This document shows positions 37,672 through 51,668 of a stretch of DNA of 64,000 nt, piece by piece. Under the pieces are notes generated by a model, which saw only the letters and a program-made list of their open reading frames with translations, was not told where the DNA came from and searched no databases. The position numbers and the translations under genes were made by a program. Within the stretch, counting starts at the first letter, position 1. Each line of letters opens with the position of its first letter. Source of the stretch: Octopus vulgaris. Taxonomy: Eukaryota. Location of the stretch: assembly GCA_951406725.2 (NCBI GenBank), contig OX597826.1, forward strand, positions 32,612,001 through 32,676,000, given 5' to 3'.

Positions 37672-38517
37672 GTTAGGTTTCTTTCAATTTTTGTTGATTG
37701 AATCAACTCAGAAGGCTTCATTTGGCCTGAGGTTATAGTAGAAGACACTTGCCCAAAGCACCATGCAGTGGGACTGAACCTGGAATCATGTGGTTGGGAA
37801 AAACTCTATGTAATTACTCAGAAATGCTAGAAATAACAGCACAAAGCTTCTTCTCAAAGCACACTCTCCTATGCTAACCTCCACCCCACACCCCTGCAAA
37901 ACGAAACCCAAACTCATTAAGTAATTTGGTTTTGGATTCCTTCTACACAGAAAAAAAAAAATAAAAGACTGGATGGGCATAAATTGGAATGCCTTTGATC
38001 ATAGAACTGCTCCATCAGTGCAGACCTGTAAGCTAAGCAACAACAACAACAACAACAATAATTGAAATTATCTCTGTTGTCAAAATACTTTTACTCCCTA
38101 ACTCGTTCATTTAGTTGATTATGCACTTTTTTCCCTTCATTCAATTGAAAGTAATTAAATTAAATTAAATGAAATTCCTCGTATTCAAACAGAGAAATCC
38201 AGTTTTTATTACCACACAAAAAAAAAACAAAAAAAAAAAAAATTGTATCATAATATTAAGTTTTTTAATGAAAGTATATAATTAACTAACTTCACTGGTT
38301 ATCATAGCTAATGTGGTGCCTTTATAGTTTATAATTTCAATATTATTTTTATGGTTGATACAAATAAGAAGCCATCTTTCACCTAAAACTTTTAATGATG
38401 ACATTACAAGTTTAAGAGCTGAAAGATTTTGGATGGTGGAACAGTCGCTTAATGAGAATGGTAAATGCATTGGTTCTTAGTTTCATATGTGGGGAAATTC
38501 TTGAAGTTGGAAGATCA

Positions 38518-38588
38518 ATAGCAGTAGTAGTATTAGTATTAGTAGTAGTAGTAGTAGTAGCAACAGCAGCAGTAATAGCAGCAGTAGC

Positions 38589-38620
<32 letters not shown>

Positions 38621-38705
38621 CAGTAGCAGTAGAAGCAGTAGCAGTAGAAGCAGTAGTAGTAGAAGCAGTAGTAGTAGTAGAAGCAGTAGTAGTAGTAGCA
38701 GTAGC

Positions 38706-38736
<31 letters not shown>

Positions 38737-39105
38737 ACAGCAGCAATTGTAGTAGTAGTAGAAATAACAGCAGTAGTAGCATTAGTATTATTGACAGTAG
38801 TAATAGTAGTTAGTAGTAATAGTTAATAGTAGTAGTAGTAGTAGTAGTAGTACTAGCAATAATAGTGGTAATAGTAATAGTAATAGTAGTAACTGTAGTA
38901 GCAGCAGTAGTTGTGGTAATGGCAGAAGTGGTGGTGGTAGTATTGGTGTTGGTAGTGGTGGTGGTGAGGATAGAGGGACAAGTAAGTAATAGTATGGTAG
39001 TAGAGTGGTGGTGATGGTGGTAGTAGCTGTAATAATTGTAGTGTTGGTGGTGGTGATGTTGCTGGTGGTGATGGTGATGTCGGTGGTGGTCGTGGTAGTG
39101 TAGTC
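38518..39105. repeat. (TAG)n/(CAG)/(TGG)n compound trinucleotide tract
   Basis: Direct inspection. Confidence 0.9.
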
Positions 39106-39159
39106 ATTGGTAATGATTATTTTGCCATGTTTTATGATGTGACAGATACCAACCAAGAG

Positions 39160-39196
39160 AGAATGCAGGGAAAGAAAAATAAGAAAGAATGAAAGT

Positions 39197-39264
<68 letters not shown>

Positions 39265-39898
39265 ATGAAAGAGCAAAGAAGAAAGAAAAGTTAGAAAGAA
39301 AAATGAAAGGAAAAGAAGAATGAAAGAGAGAGCAAGGAAGAAGGGAAGAAAGAAAAAGAAAGAAAAAAGAGCAAGTGATAATGAATAAAAAAAAAGCAGA
39401 GAAGAAAGAAAGGAGGAAAGGCGTGAGAGAAAAAAGTGAATGAGAAAACATGAGCGAAAGAATGAAAAAAAGAATAAAAGTGCAAGAAAGATAGGAAGAA
39501 GGAATGAGAGGGCAAGAAAGGAAGAAGGAACAAAAGAAAGAGAGTGAAAGAGCAAAGAAGAAAGAAAATGGAATAAGAAAGTATGAAAGGAAGAAAGAAT
39601 GGATGAAACAAAAAAACAACAATAAAAGAATGAGAGAGTGAGGAAGACAGAAAGAAAAAGAAAAAACGAATGAAACAAAATGCAAGAATGAAAGAACAAG
39701 AGAACAAGAAAGACAGATAGAAAGAAAGATGGAAAGAAAGAATGAAAGAGCAATGAAAGAAAAAAAGAAAGGAAGAAGGAACAAAGGAAGAAAGAGAGAG
39801 AAAGAGGGAGGAAGAAAGAAATAAGAAAAAGAAGGAAAGAAAGAATGAATGAAACAAAATGCAAGAATGAAAGAACAAGAGAGCAAGAATGAAAGAAT

Positions 39899-39929
<31 letters not shown>

Positions 39930-39982
39930 GGAAAGAAAGAAAAAAGAAAGGAAGAAAGAACGAGAGAACAAGAATGAAAGAT
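39160..39982. repeat. ~820-bp degenerate (GAAA)n polypurine tract
   Basis: Near-pure A/G on the plus strand; internal duplication GAATGAAACAAAATGCAAGAATGAAAGAACAAGAG at ~39668 and ~39847. Confidence 0.9.
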
Positions 39983-40615
39983 TTCAAACAGCAGATGGTT
40001 ATAAGGTGTGTGGGCGTGGGGTAAGCTGTTGAAACCTCAATATATGTCATTTTCAGACTGTCTGAAGACACAAATGTTTCCAAATATGTTTGACAGACTC
40101 TTATGATGGAAGTAAATATACTGCCAGACATATTCCTCGGTTGCTAATTCGCAACTACACGTAAGGTGAAGACAAGTGTAAAAGACCATTCCATGAAGAA
40201 GAATTTCACAAGTCACTTACAATCATTAACAGATCAAATTTAAGTGACAATCATTATGCGTTTAACAACAGTGAAGAGGAGTCTGCTGTTATATATGCAT
40301 ATATATGTATGTGTGTATGTATATATATATATATATGTGTGTGTGTATTTGTGTATATGTATGTGTGTATGTATGAACATATGCAGATATAAAACATATA
40401 TATATATGCAAGCACATATAAACACATATACACATGAACATGTTTGCACACATACACACACAAGTGAACACACATGCATTCAGACATATATACACACATA
40501 CACAAATATATGCTTTCCTGTATGAATGAAAGTCTCTCTCTATATATATATATATTTATATTTATGTGTTTATGCATACCCATACATATGTATATTTATA
40601 TGTATGTGTGTTTGT

Positions 40616-40663
<48 letters not shown>

Positions 40664-41764
40664 ATACCTGTGTGCATGTATGTCCAAGCCTGTGCATGTA
40701 TGTCCAAGCATGTCCAAGCATGTATGTCCAAGTTGGAGATGACAAATAACTGGAGATGATTGTCATTTTGCTTTGCTCAACAATGTCTGTCACAATAAAA
40801 GTGAGGATCTGAAGCAATCAGGTTATGTTTATATATTCACCTGGCCCTGCCCCTGCACCCAATTTGTTACCATTAAGCCTTCCCCATCACTCATCTTCCT
40901 AAAACCCTTCCCGCCATCACTCTCCTAACAATGGCTCTACTTAACTGCTGTGATGATATGAGCAGAATCTATACATATTTCTTCACCTTTGTGCTACCAG
41001 TTAATCCCACCTCTCTCTGAAACGACTTCTTTTAACATCATCTCCTCATTTTCAATGTCATCACATCCCACTTTATTTTCTACTCCTCACCCCTTTCTGC
41101 AGCTCTGAGCATCCCTTTTTCTCCTCTGAGTTACACCTTACAACTGCCATACTACATCTTCAAAACCTTCTCTTCTTTGCTATCGTTCCCAACATCCATT
41201 CATACCTGCTGTTGATGCCCTTCAACTTCTGTCTCCAGCTCTTTCTACCTATGTACCTCTGACATTCCATCACTTTCACTGTACATCTCTCTCCCATCCC
41301 TGTCTCCCACCTCACACATCACATTCTTATTTGCTGCTTTATCATAATACTACTCTTTACCCTTCCTAAGCTATTTCTTTTACCTTCTCCATACATATAT
41401 TTACCATAAAGTACCCATGTACATCATTATCTTCATCAACATCTTCCCTCATCCCTAATCACTGGTCAATCTCCTCACACAATCCTTCCCTGTCTTCTGT
41501 CCATATTCTCTTTTGTTTTCACCTGTTTTCTACCTTAAACATGCTCTGACACCTCATCAGTGACATCTTTATCTTTTTTCCAGTTATTCCAACCCACACC
41601 CATATAATGTGAGGTAGCCATGTCTCTCTTCTGTAGCAAAACATCTTTTCCTCTCCCTCTCCCATACTTCAAACTCTCAACACCTGCCAAAAAGCCACCT
41701 CTCCCTTCACTACAATCTACCCCCACCATCACCACTTGAGGAGACTTGTTTTCATCTTCTTGTT

Positions 41765-41893
41765 TTCTTCTTCTTCTTCTTCTTCTTCTTCTTCTTCTTC
41801 TTCTTTTTCTTCTTCTTCTTCTTCTTCTTCTTCTTCTTCTTCTTCTTCTTCTTCTTCTTCTGCTTCTTCTTCTTCTTCTTTTTCTTCTTCTTC
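41765..41893. repeat. (TTC)n microsatellite
   Basis: Direct inspection. Confidence 0.95.
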
Positions 41894-42619
41894 AGTGTCA
41901 AGAAAGTAGCACTCAATACACTCCATAAAACAGTTGGCATTTGGAAAGGAACCCAACTGTAGGAATCTTCTGGCCATTCGGATCCTGTCAAACCCACCGA
42001 CCCATGCAGCAGGGAAGAGGGACATTAAATGCTGCTGTTGCTGGTACTGTTGATGACGATGACAACGACGACAATAATGATGACAGTGGTGGTGGTGGTA
42101 GTGGTGGTTGTGTATACATATTGAGATAGAGTGGCCATGAGATAAAAGTGTTGGATTGCCAATTGCTATGTCATCAGTTCACTTGTTGCCACAGACTCCT
42201 TAAAGAAGGTATATGACTCTATATGGCAAAGTCTACCTACTTAGAAAATAACATTAAAGTACAGTAGTTTTTTAAGGAACTGGCTATTGTCTGTGTTTCT
42301 TAAAAACCATTCTGCTAACGATACAGGATATCATTGAAAACAAAAAAAAAAGTAATGATATGGTTTAAAATGCATAAAACAAATTATATTACATACATAC
42401 ATACAAATACATATATATATATATACATACATATATTTATATGCATATATATATATGTATATACATGTATATAAACAAGCGTAAATATATATATGTATAT
42501 GCATATGTATATATATATACATATGTATATGTATATATGTATGTGTGCTTGTTTGTGTGTATGTGTGTATATACACATACTCACTCACACATATATACAT
42601 AAGCATTTACTGATAGATT

Positions 42620-42666
<47 letters not shown>

Positions 42667-42932
42667 GTTTGTGAATGTTTTTGCTGTCTGTTCAAAACAT
42701 CTCTTGTTTATTTTGTAGATATGTTTGATGAAAATGAAATAAAAGTTATTTTATTTATTCATATGTTTATTTAGTTTTATTTAAATAGGTAATAGGAAAC
42801 ATTTCTTCAATGCACATGATCTTCTTGAACAAAATTCTTAAAACGAAACAAAATAATAAGAAACAACAAATGGCATAGCTATAAAAATACCATCACCACC
42901 ACCACCACCACCACCACTATCACCAATCTTAC

Positions 42933-43079
42933 CTTGAAGATGGAAAAAAACTGAGCATAATTCCACACATTAACTTCTGCTTCATAAAGCAGGGAATACT
43001 TCTGCATCAACAAATACCATGTTCTTTGAATGGAATCACTGAACCTCTTAAAGTGAATAGAGCAGAATCTAGCACTTCT
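42933..43079 (-). other. Candidate 147-nt symmetric (phase 0/0) exon, or first exon from the ATG at 43007
   Basis: TAG| acceptor and AAG|GTAAGA donor enclose 49 open codons: RSARFCSIHFKRFSDSIQRTWYLLMQKYSLLYEAEVNVWNYAQFFSIFK. Confidence 0.35.
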
Positions 43080-43751
43080 CTACTTCCAACAAAAGGTGAA
43101 AAAAAACATATATGTATATATACACATATAAAGAATGATAGAAATAAAAATGAAAATAAATAAACAGTCTCAGTGTCATTAAACAAGAGATCAACAATAT
43201 TCATTAATGTTCCTGCCTGCTGACAAGGGAATATTTTCAAAATCACTGAAGCGTAGAAAAGTAAAAGGAATAAAGATAAAATGGAAATAAAATAAATAAG
43301 TAATAAATGCGGAAAAGTTGTTTTTAAAAAAGATTACTTTTGATGAAATAAAGACACCAAGAAAATAAGGTTTTTCAGCCCCTATCATTGTTCTGTTAAT
43401 GAGCATCTATTTACCAATGGAAAGAGCTGGCACAGAAAGGAGATATACTAGCAACAACGAAAGCAAAGTCTATTTACTTCAGTTTTATTGATACAATAAT
43501 CAACAGCCACACACACACATAGACATAGAAGAAAAAAAAATGTTAAATCCCTCTGTTGGTTACTGCTTTTTTGTTTGTATGTTTTTCCGATACTGAAAAA
43601 TAAATCTAAATAAAACTAATTTTCTCGGCAGTGATACAAATATAAAAAAAACGAAGGAGGGATCGATATATTTTATTGCTTCCAATGGACAAAACTACTG
43701 AGCCGTAATCTCGTTGATTAATCCAACACTTATTAATATAACGTAACTCAC

Positions 43752-43823
43752 CTCCATCAATATGTCATCTTCTATAGACATATTGTAACAAAATCTTGGA
43801 AGAAACATCTTCCCTCCCACCAT
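43752..43823 (-). other. Candidate first coding exon (phase 0)
   Basis: ACAATGG start context, upstream in-frame TGA, MVGGKMFLPRFCYNMSIEDDILME, consensus donor GAG|GTGAGT, CpG-retaining unique flank. Confidence 0.4.
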
Positions 43824-44739
43824 TGTTATTGATGTAACATCATATGAAAAATATCATGTATTGATAATGGTATCACCAATACATGTATATGAAGAATATT
43901 GAATGGAATATCGTTATCATATTATATATGGAAGGTGCTTTATTTAAATCTGGTCTTAAAGTGAGCTTTGTGATTTTCATTTGACATGTCCAATACAGGC
44001 ACTTTTGTTCTCACTCTATCTGCACAAAACAGTAGGATGTGTACATGTATGTATATAAATGTGTGTGTGTGTGTGTGTGTGTGAGTGATATAAGATAAAG
44101 ATTTAGAGAACTTTTGTGGCTATTACAGTAAACTCTGAAACAGCTGTAATCTTATGGACGTCATGAGGTCAAATAATGTATATTCACCTCTAAAACTGCC
44201 TGACAATATGTTTATACATCTATACATACAAGCACACACATCAAACACACGCCTGCACACACATCCAAACACGCCCGGGCACACACACTCACTCACTTAC
44301 ACACATAAAACCTCATCATCATTTAATATTCGGATTTCATTCTGGCATGGATTTAACTATTTGATAGAATTTAATGTGTCCAAATACTGCGTCATGTTCC
44401 TGTCTCTACTTAAGTATGGTTTCATTCACTGGTTGCCCTTGTAAATGTGCACTGGGTGCTTTTTCAGTTTGTGCTACCAACACTTGCCAGCCCCAGTGAG
44501 GTCACTGTGCAGTTTCAAGACTACAAATATTTGGTGATAAAAAAACCTACCTCAATAATTTTTGTCTGCCTATGTGAACATGGAAAAGTAGACGTTAAAA
44601 TGATAACATATTATGATAGTAATAATAATGAGCTTGTATTCTGTATTCATCTCATGGGAAAAACAGCAACAAGTCAGGTAAAAAAAGACAACAATGACAG
44701 CCAAAATACAGAGAAGTTAACAGTAAACAGTAAATAGGA

Positions 44740-45990
44740 AGAAAGTGTACAGAAGTATGTCAGGAGTAGCGTTGGTGAATTTCAGGAAGTGTGGAATTTT
44801 TGAAGGATGCAATGTCCTGACAGCTAACTTCTGATGCAGGTAGTTTATTCCATGCCTTGACAATTCAGTGTGGGAAAATATTTCTAAAAATCATGGATAC
44901 AGCAATGTTTTTTCTTTATTTTATTTTATAAGCATATTCATGCTTATAATCAAGAGATATTGATTTCAAAAAAGATTGCTAAAATGTTGTTGCAAATATG
45001 GTGGGTAATCTTGTAGATTTCTACCACCAAGTCAGCTGTTTGATTTCAAAGTTTTAGTTCAGTGGTTTTCAACCATATTTTGACTTATGGTCTCCTTTCA
45101 TTCCTATTTTATTCTACTGAACTTCCATAACCATTCAATGTTTAATAAAATCTATTCCATTTTTATAATTAAATACAAGATTTTATAAATGAACTTTGGA
45201 AGTGCTGATGTATTGGTATTTTATAGAAAAGAAAGTAAATTTTGAATGCAGCATAGCTGGGAAAACTTAACCCTTAACATGGTTTCTTTGGCTGAATGCC
45301 CTTCCTAATGTGTATTGGCTATTTTTTTTGTGCCACCAATCTTTTGTCTGTCTTCTAAGGTAAATATCCACTCTTTCTTTACTGTTTCCACAGCTATACT
45401 GCATTCAAAATTCACTTTCTTGTCTAAAATTAAACATTATTAGGAATTGTATATAAAAATATTGTTAAAACATTTCGTCTAGTGTAAAAGTATAGACAAT
45501 TTATTGGGCATAAATTTTAACATGAAAAATCTTAAATGAACCCCCAAGGGTCATGCAGATCCTGGTTGAAAACTAATGCTTTAGTGTGTTAAAGTCAGCC
45601 CAGAGAAAGATGTTCAAGAAATGGTGTCTGATGAAGGGTATTTATCTGGTTGCATGTCAAAGATTTAGTGTTTCAAAGCCCAGATAAACAAACTGTTCTA
45701 GGTATTGTTAAATGACTGACCAAGGATATTTATCTCATTGCCCATTTCCAATAGATCGATATTCTGGACCAGATGGGTGTTCCAGAATGGTGATGCAAAG
45801 AATAAAAGTGGAATACCATAGCTACATGAATAAATGGTGAGAGAAGAGAAAGTGGGGAATCAGAAAGCTTGAAAGAAACTATTAAAAGACATATCAGAGA
45901 TCTTTGCTTCAATACAACTAGTTTTGTCAAACATTTAGTCAATCTTTACTCTCCTGCTTTTCAATAAAAGCATCATTGAATAAATTTCTT
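44740..45990 (-). mobile_element. Degraded CR1/L2-group LINE 3' remnant split by a MITE
   Basis: Frameshifted fragments ASPFW..HLVQNIDLLE (~45745-45800) and IVKAWNKLPASEVSCQDIASFKN (~44795-44865). Confidence 0.65.
45060..45578. mobile_element. hAT-type MITE
   Basis: TIR CAGTGGTTTTCAACCA / TGGTTGAAAACTAATG (14/16); 8-bp flanks TTTTAGTT/CTTTAGTG. Confidence 0.65.
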
Positions 45991-46521
45991 TGTTTCAACA
46001 CCAGTCAGAAATATTTTCTTAAAGCTGCAGCAAGCCAATATCTACATTATGTAGCAGCTCCTTCTAAATGTACAATTTGTCAAAAATTGGCTTTTCTCCA
46101 CTAAGAACTTATTGTTTCTGAAAATCAATAAGATGCTGACAACTTATTGACCTCTTGCAAAGAAATATTTCCATGCAAACTGGTTTGACGTTTGTGTTTG
46201 GACCATGAAATTATGGTAATTAATTTCAAAAATATTCTTACTATTAATGAAGCAACATGCTACTAAAACCATCGAGTTTTCTATAAATTCTACATGCTAT
46301 CTTACTATATTCTTATTCCATGATATTTTACTTTGATCACACATTCTGCATAATGATGATTAGCACAAAATTGAGGGAGACTTTGTGTGGCCATTTTGTT
46401 TACATGATATAACAGTCAAACCATCCTCAAATCACAGTCTACTGTTTTTAAATAGTGAAGGGCATACAAGATAATATACTTTGAAAATGAAATAAATATA
46501 AGATGACATGGCCCAAAACTA

Positions 46522-47087
46522 TTGGGTTGTCTGGAGAGTTCGTGCTGATTTTTAAAGGAAAGAAAAAGGTCAATAAATACTTGCCATTACATTTTTAATC
46601 AACCAAATATGAACCATTTTGTTGCAAAATGCGTCTCCATCTTTCCTTTAACTTGAAAATACCCTCTTCCTAGAATTGAGGTGGTTTCATTGCAAAGAAT
46701 TCATCAAGGTATCTTTTTACATCATCCAAGGAATTGAAATTTTTACCATTAAGACTATTCTGCAGAGACCAGAATAAGTGGAAATCCGAAGGAGCAATAT
46801 CTAGTGAATACGGAGTGTGGGGTAACACATCCCAGCCGAGCTGCAGCAATTTTTGTCTGGTTCCCAAAGCATCAAGTGCCAAAAATGAACTTTCTTATCT
46901 TCCATTTTAAAGAGTTACAGAATTGACACAGGTTATAGGAACATAAACCTTCTTCCACGAAAAGATAGCTTAAACTGTGCTTTAAATGGAGATGTAGTCA
47001 AATCCTATTTTGTGGACTCAACCATGATCTAAAATAAGTCGAAAGGTAAGCTACTATAAATCAGCACAAACTTTCCAGACAAACCAA
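46522..47087 (-). mobile_element. Internally deleted mariner element with both TIRs and TA target duplication
   Basis: TA|TTGGGTTGTCTGGAGAGTTCGTGCTGATTT ... AAATCAGCACAAACTTTCCAGACAAACCAA|TA; N-terminal MEDKKVHFWHLMLWE joined to HTPYSLDIAPSDFHLF..QF*EEGIFKLKERWRRILQQNGSYLVD*. Confidence 0.92.
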
Positions 47088-47751
47088 TAGAATATTTTTT
47101 GGTCATTCCTGTCTACAAATTGGTGAGAAAATAATAATGAGGTCACAAGGTAAGGGTTCCTTTTGCAATCCCTTCACAGAGCCATTTCTAAGAAAGCGCA
47201 CAGAAATGTGGTAGTGTGTGTGTGTGTATGTGAGAGAGAGAGAGAAAGAGAGAGTGAGGTGGAGAAGAAATCATCCCCAGTATTTGACTGGTACTTTATT
47301 TATGAACCCTAAAAAGAATGAAAGGCAAAGTCTATCCGCTAATACTGTCACCGCCCAATTTGTAAGCCATAGGTCTGCTTAATAAGATCTTGTCTAGAGT
47401 TAGACAGCACTAACAAACTTCTTATATGCACTTGTGTGTATATTGATTTAATTTAAACCTGGCCAGCTTTCATATAAATCACTGAATATGTTGTTTATTG
47501 ATTTTTTTATGGCAACAAATATATTTTGGCATGGCCCAGAATGTTCAGGGGTTTACTTTACAGAGAAAACCAAATAAGGTCAAAACACTGAATCTGACGA
47601 CCCAGTGACCACTGTTTTACAAGCAGCATTGTTCATTTCTAGTCTTCTGCAAAAAAATCATTTGGTGACATAAAATTGCATCAATGAATTCTGTTCCAAC
47701 CCATGCAAGCATAGAAAAGAGAACTGTATATATTAAATATATGTGTTTGCG

Positions 47752-47808
<57 letters not shown>

Positions 47809-47820
47809 GAATTTACGAAA

Positions 47821-47863
<43 letters not shown>

Positions 47864-48371
47864 TCATCACTTAACGTCCGTTTTCCATGCTGGCATGGGT
47901 TGGACGGTTTGACTGCAGACGGGCAAGAAAGGAGGCCTCACCAGGCTTCAATCTGATCTGGCAGTGTTTCTACAACTGGATGCTCTTCCTAACGCCATCC
48001 ACTCTGAGAGTGTAGTGGGTGCTTTTTACATGCCACTGCCAAGATAAGCTATAAATAATGGTCATTACATAGTTTTCCTTTATTGGAGGAAATTTGGCTT
48101 ACAGATATTTCCTGTAATTATTGACAGGTTTATTCAATTGGTTTAAGGCTAGGGGAAGGGGCCAACTTTATAGAAGTAGGGGTATAGGATGGCTGAAATT
48201 TGGGAAAAGGACAGTCAAAACATCAGTGTTTGTAGTCAGGTCAGCACACATGAACATAACAGCATTGTTTATAGATTAGATATTCTCCAACTGCTGTGCT
48301 GAAATATGATATGGGCCATTTATTTATATACATGCTCGACCCAAGTCTTTAATATTTGGTCATTGGTGTTA

Positions 48372-48556
48372 TCCTCCTCCTCTTCCTCTTCCACCTCCTC
48401 CTCCTCCTCCTCCTCCTCCCCCTCCTCCTCCTCCTCATCATCACCATCACCATCACCACCACGACCACTACCACGACCACCACCTCCACGAACGTCACCA
48501 TTACCACCACCATCACCACCACCACCACCACCACCACCACCATCATCCTCATCCTC
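48372..48556. repeat. (CCT)n/(CAC)n compound trinucleotide repeat
   Basis: Direct inspection. Confidence 0.9.
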
Positions 48557-51133
48557 TAATGAAAGCAAGACCTTTATAGATATGATAAGAGAGAAAAAAG
48601 GTAGTTAGGCCTGTGGATGTAAAGTGGAGAAACTTGTTTAACCCTTTAACACTGCCATACCAGCTGTGTCAATTTTTTTTTACTCTCTTCCATGAAAACA
48701 TGTCTGGCCATTGTGCTACTGTGTTTGAAGAAATAGGAGAGTAATTACATCTTGTAAGGAAGCAGGTAATGGCTGGTAACAAGTAAGGGTACTTGGCCAC
48801 AGAAAATCTCTTTCTACAGATTCCATTTCACTTTTTGAAGTTTGGAATAATGGACATTTTACCCTGTTATCAGCCTGACTGTGACTGTCCCTCATTCTAG
48901 GATACAAACTTTTAGTTTTAAATTAAAACGCTCCATCAAAATTTTATATTAACAACAGCTTTATAATGAAAAAGTTATTTTATAAGATCCTTCATTATTT
49001 TTCAAATTTACTGCAAATAAGCAAGGTTTCAAGCAAAAACGTGGTAATGAAAGGATAACAACGATGATAAGCCTGAAGTGTGACAGAAACCTCAAAGAAT
49101 AAATGAAAAATGACTAACAAGTTTTGTGAGCTGTAAAATAGTAAAATGGTTCTTACAGAATGTAATTTCTACCAAAATTAAAACAGTTCCATAGTCTTAT
49201 TCTAAGACATTATACACATGATTACTAGTGGTTGTGGTGGTACTGGTAGCAGGAGGGATAGTGACAAGGCTTTTAAGATTTATCAAATCCATGGTAAATC
49301 TGAAAAGAAGGAAAGTAAAAACAAAATATCGGTAAATATATTTGTAGTTATAATGGCAAGAATTTACATTATTTTCCAAATAACGTACAAGAATTGGGTT
49401 TCAAGAAAACTGTTGTTAAGGAAAATTAAAAAGAAATACAACTTTAATTAATTTTATTTCGCTGCTATTTGGAAATGACAACAACTCTACTCTCATTTAA
49501 TTATTAATGCCAAAACTCATTACAAATGATTATTACCATATCTTTTTAACTTCTGCGATAATTAATCTTATATATGCAGCAGTCTTTAAAAGGAATTTAA
49601 TTTTCTTCCTCATTAATCCTCACCAAAACTGATCTTTCTGCTTTGTATAATCTTTGAAAATTGATATTTAAAAAAAAAAAAGTTAATTCTAATTTTAACA
49701 TTAAACCTATTTACATGGATTTATTTTACTGGTGAGTGATTTCTTCGTCATCGATGATAGCTATTTGACACCACTCTTGATACATTATCTTTTACCTTCC
49801 CAAATTAAATCAGAAATACTCATTAATTTGTCAGTAACATGCTCCAAACATGTAATTTAGTTTTTAGCTAGTGCGACTGCCAAATATTTATGAACTCTTT
49901 CTTGGAAATTTCTATAAATAAAGGAATTTATTTTCAATGAAATTTCATCATCACTGTATGTCTTCTTGACCAAACACAAGAGCCAAATGTTATAATCCCA
50001 CTAAAACAACATCAGGTAATACACATTGACGCTCATTTACTGACAAGAAGGGTCAATTGCTTGAGTTGTCCTCTAGATAAATTGCCGGTGATATTTGTCT
50101 GCTTCTTAAATTTTGGTATCATTCCTCTACTTCACAAATTTAATTATTTGTTATATTTAACATCCTGCAAAATGACAAAACAAAAAAAAAAAAGGAAAAC
50201 AAAATGCTTCAATGATTCTCGAACAATTATGTGATGCCAATATAAAAATTTTAATAATATACCATCGAGCATTTGTTTGTGCTCCCATAATATAAAGGAA
50301 ACATTTGATGCCACATCAACTTTTATAGCAATATTAAGGTAGCATAATTTAAAGATATTTATACGAACTTTGCTTCATGGATTAGAATTGCAAATTTTAA
50401 AACATTTTAGCCTGAATACATGATTCAACATACTACCTAACTTAATGGAAATTGCTCATTTTTAAAGCAACAAGGCTCTTTTTCTAGTTGGAGTGACTGA
50501 AGCAAGTAGAGTTTTATGTGTCTTGCTTTAAACTCATTGGAATATTTGCATCAAGGATGCAAATATTCTCTCGACTTAGGAATCCAGATTTCTAACATTT
50601 TAATTCGTTAAAGTGATTATATTATTAAGATATTACCATTTAATTGATCTCAGCCCATTATCTCCTCAGTTTATACCACGATATATGCTATACAGCATCT
50701 TTAGTATAACTTAATTTTTATAACAACTCCTTAAAAAATGGAATTGGTTTCCAGTAAGAAATGGTTAAATTATTGCTCGACATCAAAAAAAATTCTACAT
50801 CAAAATAATATAAGTTCTTATTTTAAGGACCAACATTTTCAATGGTTGCATTTTCCTCTTATTTCTGGTAGATTTTTAGTTTTATTTTTGCTTCATTTTA
50901 GACATAGATATTTTCTATCTATTTTCTTTCTATATTATCTGTTTCTATTTTCTACCTGTACTTAGGTATACGACTGTGTGGTTAAGAAGTCTGTTTCATG
51001 ACAATGCACTTCAGGGATCAGTTCTCCTGAATAGCATCTTAGGCAGATATCTTTTACTATAGACCCAGGCCATCGTGAGTGAACTCAGCAGACACAAACT
51101 GTAGAAAACATGTCATACCTATCTCTCTCTCTT

Positions 51134-51175
<42 letters not shown>

Positions 51176-51631
51176 ATGATTATGTATATATGCTTATATA
51201 CATATTACAGTAGTGGCTGTGTAGTAAGTAACTTGCTTACCAACCATATAGCTCTGTGTTCAGTTCCACTGTGTGGTACCTTGAGCAAGTGTTTTCTACT
51301 ATAACCGGGGGCTTACCAAAGCCTTGTGAGTAGATCTGGTAAATGGAAACTGAATGAAGCCTGTTATATATATATATATATGCACATATTTATATATTTA
51401 TATATGTACGTGTGTATATGTTTGTGTGTCTATGTTTGCCCCCCCCCCCCCATCGGTTGACAACCGATGTTGGTGTGTTTACATTTCTGTAACTTAGTAG
51501 TTTAACAAAAGAGATCGATAGAACAAGTTCTAGGCTTACAAAGAATAAGTCCTGGGGTCGATTTGCTCGACTAAATGCCATGCTCCAGCATAGCCACAGT
51601 AAAATGACTGAAACAAATAAAAGAATAAAAG

Positions 51632-51668
<37 letters not shown>

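Noticed and set aside
38788-40131. 447-aa ORF and overlapping 260- and 226-aa ORFs
   Set aside because: Open only because the GAAA and TAG repeats lack stops on this strand; only the first ~32 codons are unique.
40850-41740. Pyrimidine-skewed block resembling an ancient LINE
   Set aside because: No motif could be read with confidence.
42933-43823. Gene name for the candidate exons
   Set aside because: The peptides match no domain I can recognise, so any symbol would be a guess.
45626-45660. CTGATGA as a hammerhead core
   Set aside because: Lies within the CR1-like relic and lacks a GAAA box and helices.
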